IMG/VR virus record: IMGVR_UViG_3300030090_007212
Span: 64,001 to 128,000 of that record
DNA from: a virus
DNA: 64,000 nt
Reading direction: 5' to 3' (one strand)
The notes beneath the pieces are model-generated. The model was not told the origin of the DNA. It did not search any database and was given only the letters and a program-made list of their open reading frames with translations. A program made the translations under genes and the position numbers. Positions 47,579 through 56,353 of the stretch are shown piece by piece (the stretch's first letter is position 1; each line of letters starts with the position of its first letter).

Positions 47579-48733
47579 ATGGCAAATGAGTTAAATGATC
47601 AATTAAAAGAAGAATTATTTACCCTGATAAAGCATAGATTAGGTGCACCTATTAGAAAAATAGAGTTAGATTGGGATCAAGAATGTTCTTTATTAGAAAC
47701 CGCAATTGAAGATTATGCACAAAGAGTACAAGATTGGTTAATAGAAAATCAATGGGCATCCTTATTAGGAAATGATGTAGATAATTTAGATATTGCATTT
47801 GCATTAACCACACGTTCTTTGGATTTTGAATCTAGATTTTCTTATGCGTATTCTAAACAAGTTGGATTACAAGATAGAGGTCCGTGGGAATTAAAAAAGG
47901 ATTATGTAACTATAGAATCGGGTAAACAAGTCTATCAAATACCTGGAGGACGAGAAGTAAACGAAATATTATGGATAACACCTAACAGTACCGATCACGC
48001 ACTTTATTCATTTGCAGGTTTTGGTGATTATGGTTTTGGTGGTGGATTCGGTCAAGTTCCTTATGCAGGATGGGGACAAGGTGGTGGATTAGGTAATGGT
48101 GGTTTTTATGTTGCTCCCGCATTCGATGTTTTATTAAGAGCTGCGGATTTTAGTTTAAAATCTAAATTATTAAGAAGTCAATTAACTTATAAAGTTACTG
48201 CAGGACCAAATGGAACCAGATTATTACATCTTATGCCTATCCCTGGTAGTAGATTATCTTTCAGTGCTGCTGGTTTAGTAGGAAGTCAAATTGGTTTGGC
48301 AGGAACTAAAGTATGGTATTATTATTATGATACTGGGGGGATGACACCTGAAGAGGTAAATAATTGTTTAAATGAAAATAAAGATATTATTGCATTACCT
48401 AATGAAGTTCCTTTATCTAAATTAAAATATTCCGATTTAAACGAACCAACTAGAGTGTGGGTGAGAAGATATCTAACTGCGTTATTTAAAGAAGCTTTAG
48501 GTCGTGTAAGAGGAAAATTCAGTGGGGCATTAAAAGTTCCGGATGCAGAATTAACTATGGATTACGATAGTTTGTTAAGTGAAGGAAAAGAAGAACAGGC
48601 AAAACTTTTAGAAGATTTAGATGCTCGTTTAGAAAGACTAAGTAACGCTAAACAACTCGAATTAAAAGCAAGTGAAGCAGAGAATTTAAATAAATCACTA
48701 CAATACAGACCTCTCGGTTTGTTTGTTATCTAA
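47579..48733 (+). CDS. Neck protein (T4 gp13-like head-tail adaptor)
   Basis: 384 aa; 'RLGAPIRKIEL' at the N-terminus and 'WVRRYLTALFKEALGRVRGKF...LLSEGKEE' at the C-terminus. Confidence 0.8.
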   Translation: MANELNDQLKEELFTLIKHRLGAPIRKIELDWDQECSLLETAIEDYAQRVQDWLIENQWASLLGNDVDNLDIAFALTTRSLDFESRFSYAYSKQVGLQDRGPWELKKDYVTIESGKQVYQIPGGREVNEILWITPNSTDHALYSFAGFGDYGFGGGFGQVPYAGWGQGGGLGNGGFYVAPAFDVLLRAADFSLKSKLLRSQLTYKVTAGPNGTRLLHLMPIPGSRLSFSAAGLVGSQIGLAGTKVWYYYYDTGGMTPEEVNNCLNENKDIIALPNEVPLSKLKYSDLNEPTRVWVRRYLTALFKEALGRVRGKFSGALKVPDAELTMDYDSLLSEGKEEQAKLLEDLDARLERLSNAKQLELKASEAENLNKSLQYRPLGLFVI

Positions 48734-51466
48734 AGAAAATTTATCTAAAATCCCATAATCCTCAAACATATATGTAGGGGATACCCCAATACTTTCCCAG
48801 AAATCTAATTCTTCTGGTGTTATGGTTAATAAATCTTCAATAGTATCTTGATCACCATCCCCAAAGGGTTGTCCTGAAGTTAATTCTAATTGTTTTCTAG
48901 TAAAGTATTGTCTATGTAAAGGTGAAGTAATTAAAATATCATCTCTAACCTCCGGACTAAAACATACTAAAAGAGGTTTAATTCTTTTATTAAATGCGTC
49001 TATATATCTTTCTATGTTATATACTCCCGTAGTTTCAGGATGATTTTCTATAATATCTTGAGAAATATATTGACAATTAATATGAACAGTTTTTTCTTTT
49101 GTTTTCTTATCGGTTTTAGTTTGAATGTCCCCATGGGATTTACGAGTGCCGGTATTAACATAATAAATGGTATCTCCTAAGTCTACGGTAAGATTTTCTT
49201 TAATAATTAATTCCATATGTGCCTGTTTAGGAAGAGGATTACCTGCCTTATTTAATTGTTGTGCTCTTTTTTCATAATCTTTTACCGACATTCTTACCCT
49301 AGATTTGTTTGCAATTTTAGAAAGGGGGATTTCTTGATTATAAATTCTTTCTATAGTGTCATAATAATCACTAATAAAATCATACCCATTACCATGTAAT
49401 AAAAGATCTAAACCTCTATCTATAAATTCTGCAATATAAGTAGGTAATTTTTTAGATTTGATTGTATTACCCACTAATTTTACTTTCCCATCTATTAAAT
49501 CTGCATAATTTTTACGGGCAATATTAATAGTTGCCTCACATATTTCGTCTACATCTAATCCCATCACACCTTTCATATATACATCATTATATTCCGCAAC
49601 GACCGCATCCATACCTTTATATGTTTTTCCTTTCTCATTGAATCTGTGTTTACCAGAAGAGGTATAGACATATTTATCTACATCTGAAGGGATTGAAAAG
49701 TTAAAACCATCAGTATCTCCTACTAAAGGTTTAAATCCTTTCTCATTAAAAAATCTAATCATATGACGTAAGTATTGTCTCCCTGTACATGTAATTTTTT
49801 CCCCCATATTAGTATCTCCCCATGGAAATACATTAGGTGCAGATATCGATCCAAACATACCATTATTTAATATTTTTAATGGTAATTGTTTTTTATCGTA
49901 ATAATCCGATTTTTCTTTTTCCCCTAATTTTGCGTGTTTAGATTTTAATTCTTTATATAAATTACGATAGTCATAATTATATTGTAGTAATCCTCTCATT
50001 GCACCAGTGACATCGGATTCAGTAAACACATCATGAGTTAATTGTATAGAGGGGTATAGTGAGGCAAAATCGAATTTAACAACATTTTGACTATATCCTA
50101 CTTCTAATAACCTAGAAAGTCCACCAGTAAATCCTTTAGTGGGCATTGTATGGGGAATACCTAAACCGTTTTTATATGCCCATCCTAACATAAGTAATTT
50201 CCATGTGGCAGCAGTACCCATAGTAGAAGATCTCATAAAAGAAGTAGGTAATATTTTTGCCAATAAAAATGTTGCCTGATTAAATATATTATCTACCTTT
50301 TCTGTTTCCCATAAATCATCTATAAGATATCTTTCTACAATATATTGTCCGTTTACTACTTGACAACCATCAGGTATTTTACTTTCTAAAACACCCCAAC
50401 TTCCATCTTCTTCGTTAAACCAATATTTATTATCTTCATCACTCCATACCTTATTAATTTTATCACCCGGAATATATACACGATTAGGTTTTGCGGCGTT
50501 AGAATATTTTGTAATATATTTAAGACTTGCCTGTTTTATTGAGGAATTAATTGCCTGTGCTCTTCTAACTGCATGATATACATCCATAATATTATATCCC
50601 CACATTACGGTTTGTTCATAATATTCCATCTCTGGACCCATTTTTAAACTTTGTTTTTTTCTATAAAATGGGATTGGACCTAAAGTCTTTGCAATTTTAC
50701 CCATTTCTATACCTAATTGGTTTGCCCTTTCTACTATAAAATGCCAGTCAAAATTTTCTGAATTATATCCTGCGATAATGGCAGGTTTTAAATGGTGAAT
50801 TATTTTAAAAAAAGTAATAATTGCTTGGGATTCTCTCATCCTTAATTCTCTACGAGTTTCACCTTCGATAGATAAAACATGTTGGAATCCTCTATTATCT
50901 TTTATACCTATTTGAAATATACTACATTGTTTAGGGTCTAAACCAGTAGTCTCAATATCAAAAGATAATCTATGAACATCATCATATTCATCCATACCTT
51001 TAAATAAACGTTTACCAGATTGTATTAGAAATTGTTCAGTAGGGCTGATTGCTAAAAATTTATCCCTATGTTCTTCAGAATAAACTTCCATTTTACCTTG
51101 TTTGAAAAAGTTTAGTAAATCTCCGTAGGTTCCCCTACATGTAACTAAAAATTTATAACCATCTATTAATCTTGGGATTTCGTCTCCATTTTCATTTTTT
51201 ATGTCTAAAGGGATGAACTTTATACCAAATTCCCTCATTTTCTTTTTTATTTCTCTCCGATTACCTTCATAAAAAATAGACATATCTGGACTTTTCATCC
51301 ATAAAAAGGGTCTTAGTTTATGTTTTTCTATACGTTTACCTTTTTCTGGGTCATGTATTATTAAACTAATTTTATTTTCCCTATAAGACGATTCTACTCC
51401 TACGATATATTTTTGATCATCGTAGCCTTCTAAATACTCTTTAATTTCTTCTACGGTTGCAGGCAT
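48698..51466 (-). CDS. polB: Family B DNA polymerase
   Basis: 922 aa; ExoI 'FDIETTG', ExoII 'GYNSENFD', motif A 'DFASLYPS', motif B 'K...NGMFG', motif C 'GDTDG'. No intein or intron evident. Confidence 0.96.
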   Translation of the reverse strand: MPATVEEIKEYLEGYDDQKYIVGVESSYRENKISLIIHDPEKGKRIEKHKLRPFLWMKSPDMSIFYEGNRREIKKKMREFGIKFIPLDIKNENGDEIPRLIDGYKFLVTCRGTYGDLLNFFKQGKMEVYSEEHRDKFLAISPTEQFLIQSGKRLFKGMDEYDDVHRLSFDIETTGLDPKQCSIFQIGIKDNRGFQHVLSIEGETRRELRMRESQAIITFFKIIHHLKPAIIAGYNSENFDWHFIVERANQLGIEMGKIAKTLGPIPFYRKKQSLKMGPEMEYYEQTVMWGYNIMDVYHAVRRAQAINSSIKQASLKYITKYSNAAKPNRVYIPGDKINKVWSDEDNKYWFNEEDGSWGVLESKIPDGCQVVNGQYIVERYLIDDLWETEKVDNIFNQATFLLAKILPTSFMRSSTMGTAATWKLLMLGWAYKNGLGIPHTMPTKGFTGGLSRLLEVGYSQNVVKFDFASLYPSIQLTHDVFTESDVTGAMRGLLQYNYDYRNLYKELKSKHAKLGEKEKSDYYDKKQLPLKILNNGMFGSISAPNVFPWGDTNMGEKITCTGRQYLRHMIRFFNEKGFKPLVGDTDGFNFSIPSDVDKYVYTSSGKHRFNEKGKTYKGMDAVVAEYNDVYMKGVMGLDVDEICEATINIARKNYADLIDGKVKLVGNTIKSKKLPTYIAEFIDRGLDLLLHGNGYDFISDYYDTIERIYNQEIPLSKIANKSRVRMSVKDYEKRAQQLNKAGNPLPKQAHMELIIKENLTVDLGDTIYYVNTGTRKSHGDIQTKTDKKTKEKTVHINCQYISQDIIENHPETTGVYNIERYIDAFNKRIKPLLVCFSPEVRDDILITSPLHRQYFTRKQLELTSGQPFGDGDQDTIEDLLTITPEELDFWESIGVSPTYMFEDYGILDKFSLDNKQTERSVL

Positions 51467-51484
51467 ACTTATAATGTTTAATTA

Positions 51485-51514
51485 CAAATATACGAAAATT
51501 TTTTTAATTTTCAA
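51485..51514 (-). promoter_or_regulatory. Bacteroidota-type promoter of the polymerase gene
   Basis: Minus strand TTG at 51512-51514, then 19 nt, then TATATTTG (51485-51492), matching the -33/-7 consensus. Confidence 0.65.
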
Positions 51515-51879
51515 CTATCGAGGACGTTAATAAATAATTTATCTCTAATTGGTGCGATTAATGTTCCTGTCCCATCTAAAAATTCTATAACAAATTCTCC
51601 ATTGTATTTTCCCGGTTTTTTTGTATCTCTATCACTCCAATTATAGACAATATAATATTCGGGAGAATCTCCACCAATATCACAATCTTCACATTTTAAT
51701 TCTATACTTGCAGGGGAGTTGGCGATTCTTTTAACATTGTTTTTAACATCCCACATATTAAATTTAATAGTAGCATTTTGTATTTTTTCGAAAAACATTC
51801 TAAAATCATTCCTACCATCATTAATAAGTTCCATTTTTAATGGGGGTAAATTACTATCTTTATTTATAAAAAATTCCAT
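51511..51879 (-). CDS. BppU-like Ig-fold structural protein
   Basis: 122 aa; 'FFINK...P.L', 'YNW...DT..PG.Y.GEF.I.F'. Confidence 0.6.
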   Translation of the reverse strand: MEFFINKDSNLPPLKMELINDGRNDFRMFFEKIQNATIKFNMWDVKNNVKRIANSPASIELKCEDCDIGGDSPEYYIVYNWSDRDTKKPGKYNGEFVIEFLDGTGTLIAPIRDKLFINVLDS

Positions 51880-51891
51880 ATCTTTATTTTT

Positions 51892-54183
51892 TTATACAAT
51901 TGGCCAAGGCTCAACACTACCATCACCAATATCTACCGAACTTACATAATTAGAGATAAAAGGTTCCTCTGAACTACATGGAGGTTCCACCACCCCTAAA
52001 ATACAGTTAACAGTACCTACCAGTAATTCTAATCCACCAGTTTCTGGACCAGCCACTAAGAAATTATCATATGGCTCGCCTTCTGCCTCATATTGGGACG
52101 ACACTTCTTTTACCCCAAAATAATTAATCATCGCTTGACCCCATATTTCTACCACATCTAATACATTAAGTATAGAATCCGGCGCATAGTCATTAACAGT
52201 ACCTTCCCATCCAATATTATTAGTAGTAGTAGTATACCTAATAGTGGAAATTGGATTATCAATTAATACACTTCCATTATCTTCACTAATACTTAATGTA
52301 CATAATAAAGTAGATTCTTCACTAGTACCTAGAGTGGCACCTGCAAACGACCACATCGCTACTTTAGAAGTAGTTATTTCACTACCTTCTTCTAATGGTA
52401 TTTCCGAAGTAGATTGAACCATAAATCCTGCATCTCCGGCTTCTCCCCCTTCTCCGGTGGCGGATATCACAGTAAATCCTGGTCTAAATTGTATGTTAAC
52501 TCCACTTAATTCCGTATTACTGGTATAATACACCTCTACTATCCCTTCTTCTTCACCAGGTTGAAAAGAGAATGAGACTCCGGCTGGTGGTGCTGGTATA
52601 CACGATTCACCTTCACAACATTCAGAATCTTCCAATACTTCAAAATTAGTTATTCCTTCAGTAGGTTCTTCTTCAGGTACACATAACATAAAATTATAAC
52701 ACTTCCATGTTTCCCCATCATCTGTACTCATTCTTACACAAGATGGTGGTGCGTAGATTCCTAATGGTCCTAGAGTAGTATTTTCCCATACTACTTGATC
52801 TTCTTCATCATCACATGCACTATATTTCCATTTTGGGTTTTGACCACAACAATCACAACCTTCTTCTTCAGTATAAATGGCTTGTGGTTCAAATACATCA
52901 TGAGTTGATTCCCCTAATTCTTCGGTTACATAAAAACAAGTCTCTGCTAGTCCAGGAAGAGTTTCCGCGTTTATATAATTTCCTACATACTCACTCAAAT
53001 CAGTATCCGTAAAAAACTCTGTTAAACCATCACAACCCATTAATTTATATGTAGTAGGTGGTTCACCCCCACATTCTATAGTTAGACAATCTACCACTAT
53101 AATATTTTCTAATGCCCCCACATTTGCGGGTTGTTTTATTTTATCCGCAGTAAAACACCCATCAGTGGTGGAAGAACTAAATGCAACACCTGGTGCCCAT
53201 AATTCGCTTTGTGTGGTAGTGATACCAACAATTTCTCCTAGACAATTAGTTAATTGCCAGTTATCTAAACACTCTTCACAACCTTCTAAATATACTGAAT
53301 AATTAATAGGTATTGTAGGTTCACAATCTTCAATACACTCAACCACGGTATAACAAATTCCTGTTTCCTTTTCTTTAATTGAGTGTCCTGTGTCAACATA
53401 ATCACTTAAATCAGTATCAGTATTAATGGGGATACCCTCCCATCCATCACATGGTACTAAAGTATATGTTGTAGCGGTACAAGCATTACATGTCTCATAT
53501 TCATTGGCAACTGGAACTTTTCCATCTAATGTCCATTCATCACATGTTTCCGTTACATTAAAACATCCCTCTACCTCTAATATCTTAATAATTTTACCTA
53601 CATAAGATGCTCCACCCCATGCTTCATAATTAACAACTTCCCATACTTCACCGGTTACGCAATTCGAAATTTTATAATTAGCGAAACAACAGTCTTCTAT
53701 GGATGTTACCTCTAAAGTTGGTTGTAAGGTGACTTCCCATCTAGTGGGTCCTTCACTGGCCAGTGTTACTACCTGACCCACATACTCACTAAGATTCTGA
53801 AGTGTTACAATATCATTTTTATTACCTTTACAATCCTTTAAAATATAGGTAGGTATAGAAACACTATTAGCGTTATCAAAATCAATATCTGTTTCAGTAT
53901 CAGGAGATAAATTTACACTTCCTTTAAACGTGGTTTCACCATTAACTACTATCTCACCCATTTGAATTGGTGAACATCCTGATATACTGTGTACCCATAA
54001 TTGATTGATACAAGTTGCTAAAGTATTACCTGTAAAAGTACTACTACCCCCACTTACTATAGCAGCAATTGCACCTAATGTAGTTTGGGAAGTAACATCA
54101 TTCTCATTAACTAATACAAAAATATCAGTATTTTTTAAACTACCAGCATTAGGTAAATCACTTATTCTTTTTGGAAATCCCAT
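51892..54183 (-). CDS. Acidic Cys-rich repeat protein, putative fibre/decoration protein
   Basis: 763 aa; fibre-type N-terminus 'KRISDLP.A..L...D'; several ~65-75 aa 'Y.L..C...C..C' repeats; cohesin/dockerin-like C-terminus. Confidence 0.7.
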   Translation of the reverse strand: MGFPKRISDLPNAGSLKNTDIFVLVNENDVTSQTTLGAIAAIVSGGSSTFTGNTLATCINQLWVHSISGCSPIQMGEIVVNGETTFKGSVNLSPDTETDIDFDNANSVSIPTYILKDCKGNKNDIVTLQNLSEYVGQVVTLASEGPTRWEVTLQPTLEVTSIEDCCFANYKISNCVTGEVWEVVNYEAWGGASYVGKIIKILEVEGCFNVTETCDEWTLDGKVPVANEYETCNACTATTYTLVPCDGWEGIPINTDTDLSDYVDTGHSIKEKETGICYTVVECIEDCEPTIPINYSVYLEGCEECLDNWQLTNCLGEIVGITTTQSELWAPGVAFSSSTTDGCFTADKIKQPANVGALENIIVVDCLTIECGGEPPTTYKLMGCDGLTEFFTDTDLSEYVGNYINAETLPGLAETCFYVTEELGESTHDVFEPQAIYTEEEGCDCCGQNPKWKYSACDDEEDQVVWENTTLGPLGIYAPPSCVRMSTDDGETWKCYNFMLCVPEEEPTEGITNFEVLEDSECCEGESCIPAPPAGVSFSFQPGEEEGIVEVYYTSNTELSGVNIQFRPGFTVISATGEGGEAGDAGFMVQSTSEIPLEEGSEITTSKVAMWSFAGATLGTSEESTLLCTLSISEDNGSVLIDNPISTIRYTTTTNNIGWEGTVNDYAPDSILNVLDVVEIWGQAMINYFGVKEVSSQYEAEGEPYDNFLVAGPETGGLELLVGTVNCILGVVEPPCSSEEPFISNYVSSVDIGDGSVEPWPIV

Positions 54184-54224
54184 TTTAATTTTCTATTTCT
54201 ATATAAATATGTTAATATTCTTTA

Positions 54225-56291
54225 TTATTCGTCGCACCAAGTTATAAAATCTTCACCGTCTTCACTAGATAAGGGACTACCGTCCTCCGTTTCTAAAAAA
54301 CAATCTAGGGGTAACGGACATATACCATAATTCGCACATAATTCATTAAATCTATATCTAATACTAGTAATATCTAAACAACATTCATATAATCTAAATT
54401 TAGATATATCACCAAAGAAAGTTCCTGCAAAGAACTTTTGCATATATAGATTTTCATCTAAAGGGTCTGGTCCACCAATAGTATTAGTCTCTAATAATCC
54501 TTGAGTCCCCCCACCTAAACTATAATTAAATGGAACCCCTTCTTGTTTTTCTCTATATTCTATTAAATCTCTAAAAATAAACTCATCAAAATCTTCTACA
54601 CTATATTTAAGATAACCATTTACGTAAAAATCTAATCTTCCTTTTCTTCTAGGTACATTAGAAATCTCATCTAATGGATAACCTTCATATGCACAGAACC
54701 TAATGGCTAGTTGAATCCATTCATCTTCAGGTACTATTCCTTTTTTGGAGTAAGATTCATTTACAGTTACTCCAGTTATATATTTTTCTGTTACGGTAAG
54801 GGCAGTTATACTTCCTTTACAATTACAACTATTAGGTTCACCACATTCTTTACACCAAGGACCACATCCTCCAGTTCCATTATCTAAAGGAGTATTACAT
54901 ACTTGACAATTACATCCAGAATTACAATCTCCGCATTGACATTGTTCTTTACAATCTGATATAGTAGTGGCGGTTACTGCGGAGCATACTCCACTTACCC
55001 CTAATGACCTATACCCTACACTACCATCATTTTTTATCCTAAATCCTAATGCATTATTAATTATATCTGCATTTTTATCTCTTTCATGTGTAGTTTCAGT
55101 AATAATTCCTGGGAAACAACAACATCCTGTGGGTTGATAAACTAAAAATGGGTTATCTGTTAAAACTTCTTTTTTAACTAGAGGTGGTGGTAATGGATAT
55201 CCTGATGTTGTAGTATATCCTGTTTCACCACTAAATACATCCCAAAATTTATTTTCTGCCCTTGTACCCATATAATAGAAAAATCCTTCGTTATTGGGAT
55301 ATAAAGCGTTTAAAGTATTTCCTGTATTTATACATACTTTACTATTTTTTCTCATCCAAAACTCTGCAGTCCATCCTTGTTCGTAGCGTGTAGGTAATAT
55401 TTGATAATCCCATGGTTTTGGTGCTTTATCATTATAACATTTAAATGCTTTACGTGGGTCAGGACAACATCCCCCTTTACCATCTCCTTTTCCTCCACAA
55501 TTTGCGCACCAAGGACCACATCCTCCAGTTCCATTATCTAAAGGAGTATTACATACCTGACAATTACTATTACCACATCCATTACACGCACCTGTACTTC
55601 CAGGAATGAATAAAGGATTTGAGTCCCCACAACCACATCCTGAATTACATTGTCCACAACATGTGGAACCAGTAGTACCCGTAGAGGCACTTACAGGAGG
55701 ACAATCAGGTGGGCACGTAAACCAACTAATAGGCCATACAAACATATTGTCAGGCATTTCCTTATAAAAGGTTCTATCTGATAATTTAAAAAATCCTTGA
55801 TAAAATCCCCCACATAATTCTACATATCTACCAACAGTGTTTGCAGAAGTGATAAATCTAGATGAATAATCATAGGTACATCCAGTTACTTTAGTAAAAC
55901 AAAAATTAGTATCTCCTGATCCTATAGTGTAAGTAGACCCAGTGTAAGTATCTATAAAGGTTGTACTAGTTGTAGAAGCGTTACAATCATACTTTATAAA
56001 CCCATTATCAATACCTGTTAATCCAATATCGTATAAAGTTAATCCTGTTGTTGGAACCGATAAACTTTCAAAACAAGAATCCCCTGACCAACTAACTAAA
56101 CTACACAAAGTATCACCACTAGCACATTTATCCACATCCACATCTATATCAATTATTAAACACGCTTCGAGAATTGATTCATGATCTAATCCACAACCAC
56201 AATCTGTACATAAAAAAAGATCCCAATAATCTGAATTACTTAAACGTAAATTAAAACAGTTATTGAAATTATTTTGGTTAATATTACTCAT
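54225..56291 (-). CDS. LamG/concanavalin-like virion protein with Cys-rich insertions
   Basis: 688 aa; 'GWTAEFW', 'W..LAIRF', 'FYVNGYL', 'F.G.IS.FRLY...L'; two Cys/Gly-rich inserts. Confidence 0.7.
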   Translation of the reverse strand: MSNINQNNFNNCFNLRLSNSDYWDLFLCTDCGCGLDHESILEACLIIDIDVDVDKCASGDTLCSLVSWSGDSCFESLSVPTTGLTLYDIGLTGIDNGFIKYDCNASTTSTTFIDTYTGSTYTIGSGDTNFCFTKVTGCTYDYSSRFITSANTVGRYVELCGGFYQGFFKLSDRTFYKEMPDNMFVWPISWFTCPPDCPPVSASTGTTGSTCCGQCNSGCGCGDSNPLFIPGSTGACNGCGNSNCQVCNTPLDNGTGGCGPWCANCGGKGDGKGGCCPDPRKAFKCYNDKAPKPWDYQILPTRYEQGWTAEFWMRKNSKVCINTGNTLNALYPNNEGFFYYMGTRAENKFWDVFSGETGYTTTSGYPLPPPLVKKEVLTDNPFLVYQPTGCCCFPGIITETTHERDKNADIINNALGFRIKNDGSVGYRSLGVSGVCSAVTATTISDCKEQCQCGDCNSGCNCQVCNTPLDNGTGGCGPWCKECGEPNSCNCKGSITALTVTEKYITGVTVNESYSKKGIVPEDEWIQLAIRFCAYEGYPLDEISNVPRRKGRLDFYVNGYLKYSVEDFDEFIFRDLIEYREKQEGVPFNYSLGGGTQGLLETNTIGGPDPLDENLYMQKFFAGTFFGDISKFRLYECCLDITSIRYRFNELCANYGICPLPLDCFLETEDGSPLSSEDGEDFITWCDE
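54853..55567. repeat. 61-bp direct repeat (1 mismatch) encoding NCQVCNTPLDNGTGGCGPWC
   Basis: Copies at 54853-54913 and 55507-55567. Confidence 0.9.
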
Positions 56292-56353
56292 TAATATAGT
56301 TTATTAATAAATATTAAGAAATACTAATTAAAATCAATAAGATTTAATTATAG

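Noticed and set aside
6138-51466. Inteins, introns or homing endonucleases in nrdJ, helicase, recA-like or polB genes
   Set aside because: Protein lengths and motif spacing are normal, and no LAGLIDADG, HNH, GIY-YIG or intein splice motifs were seen.
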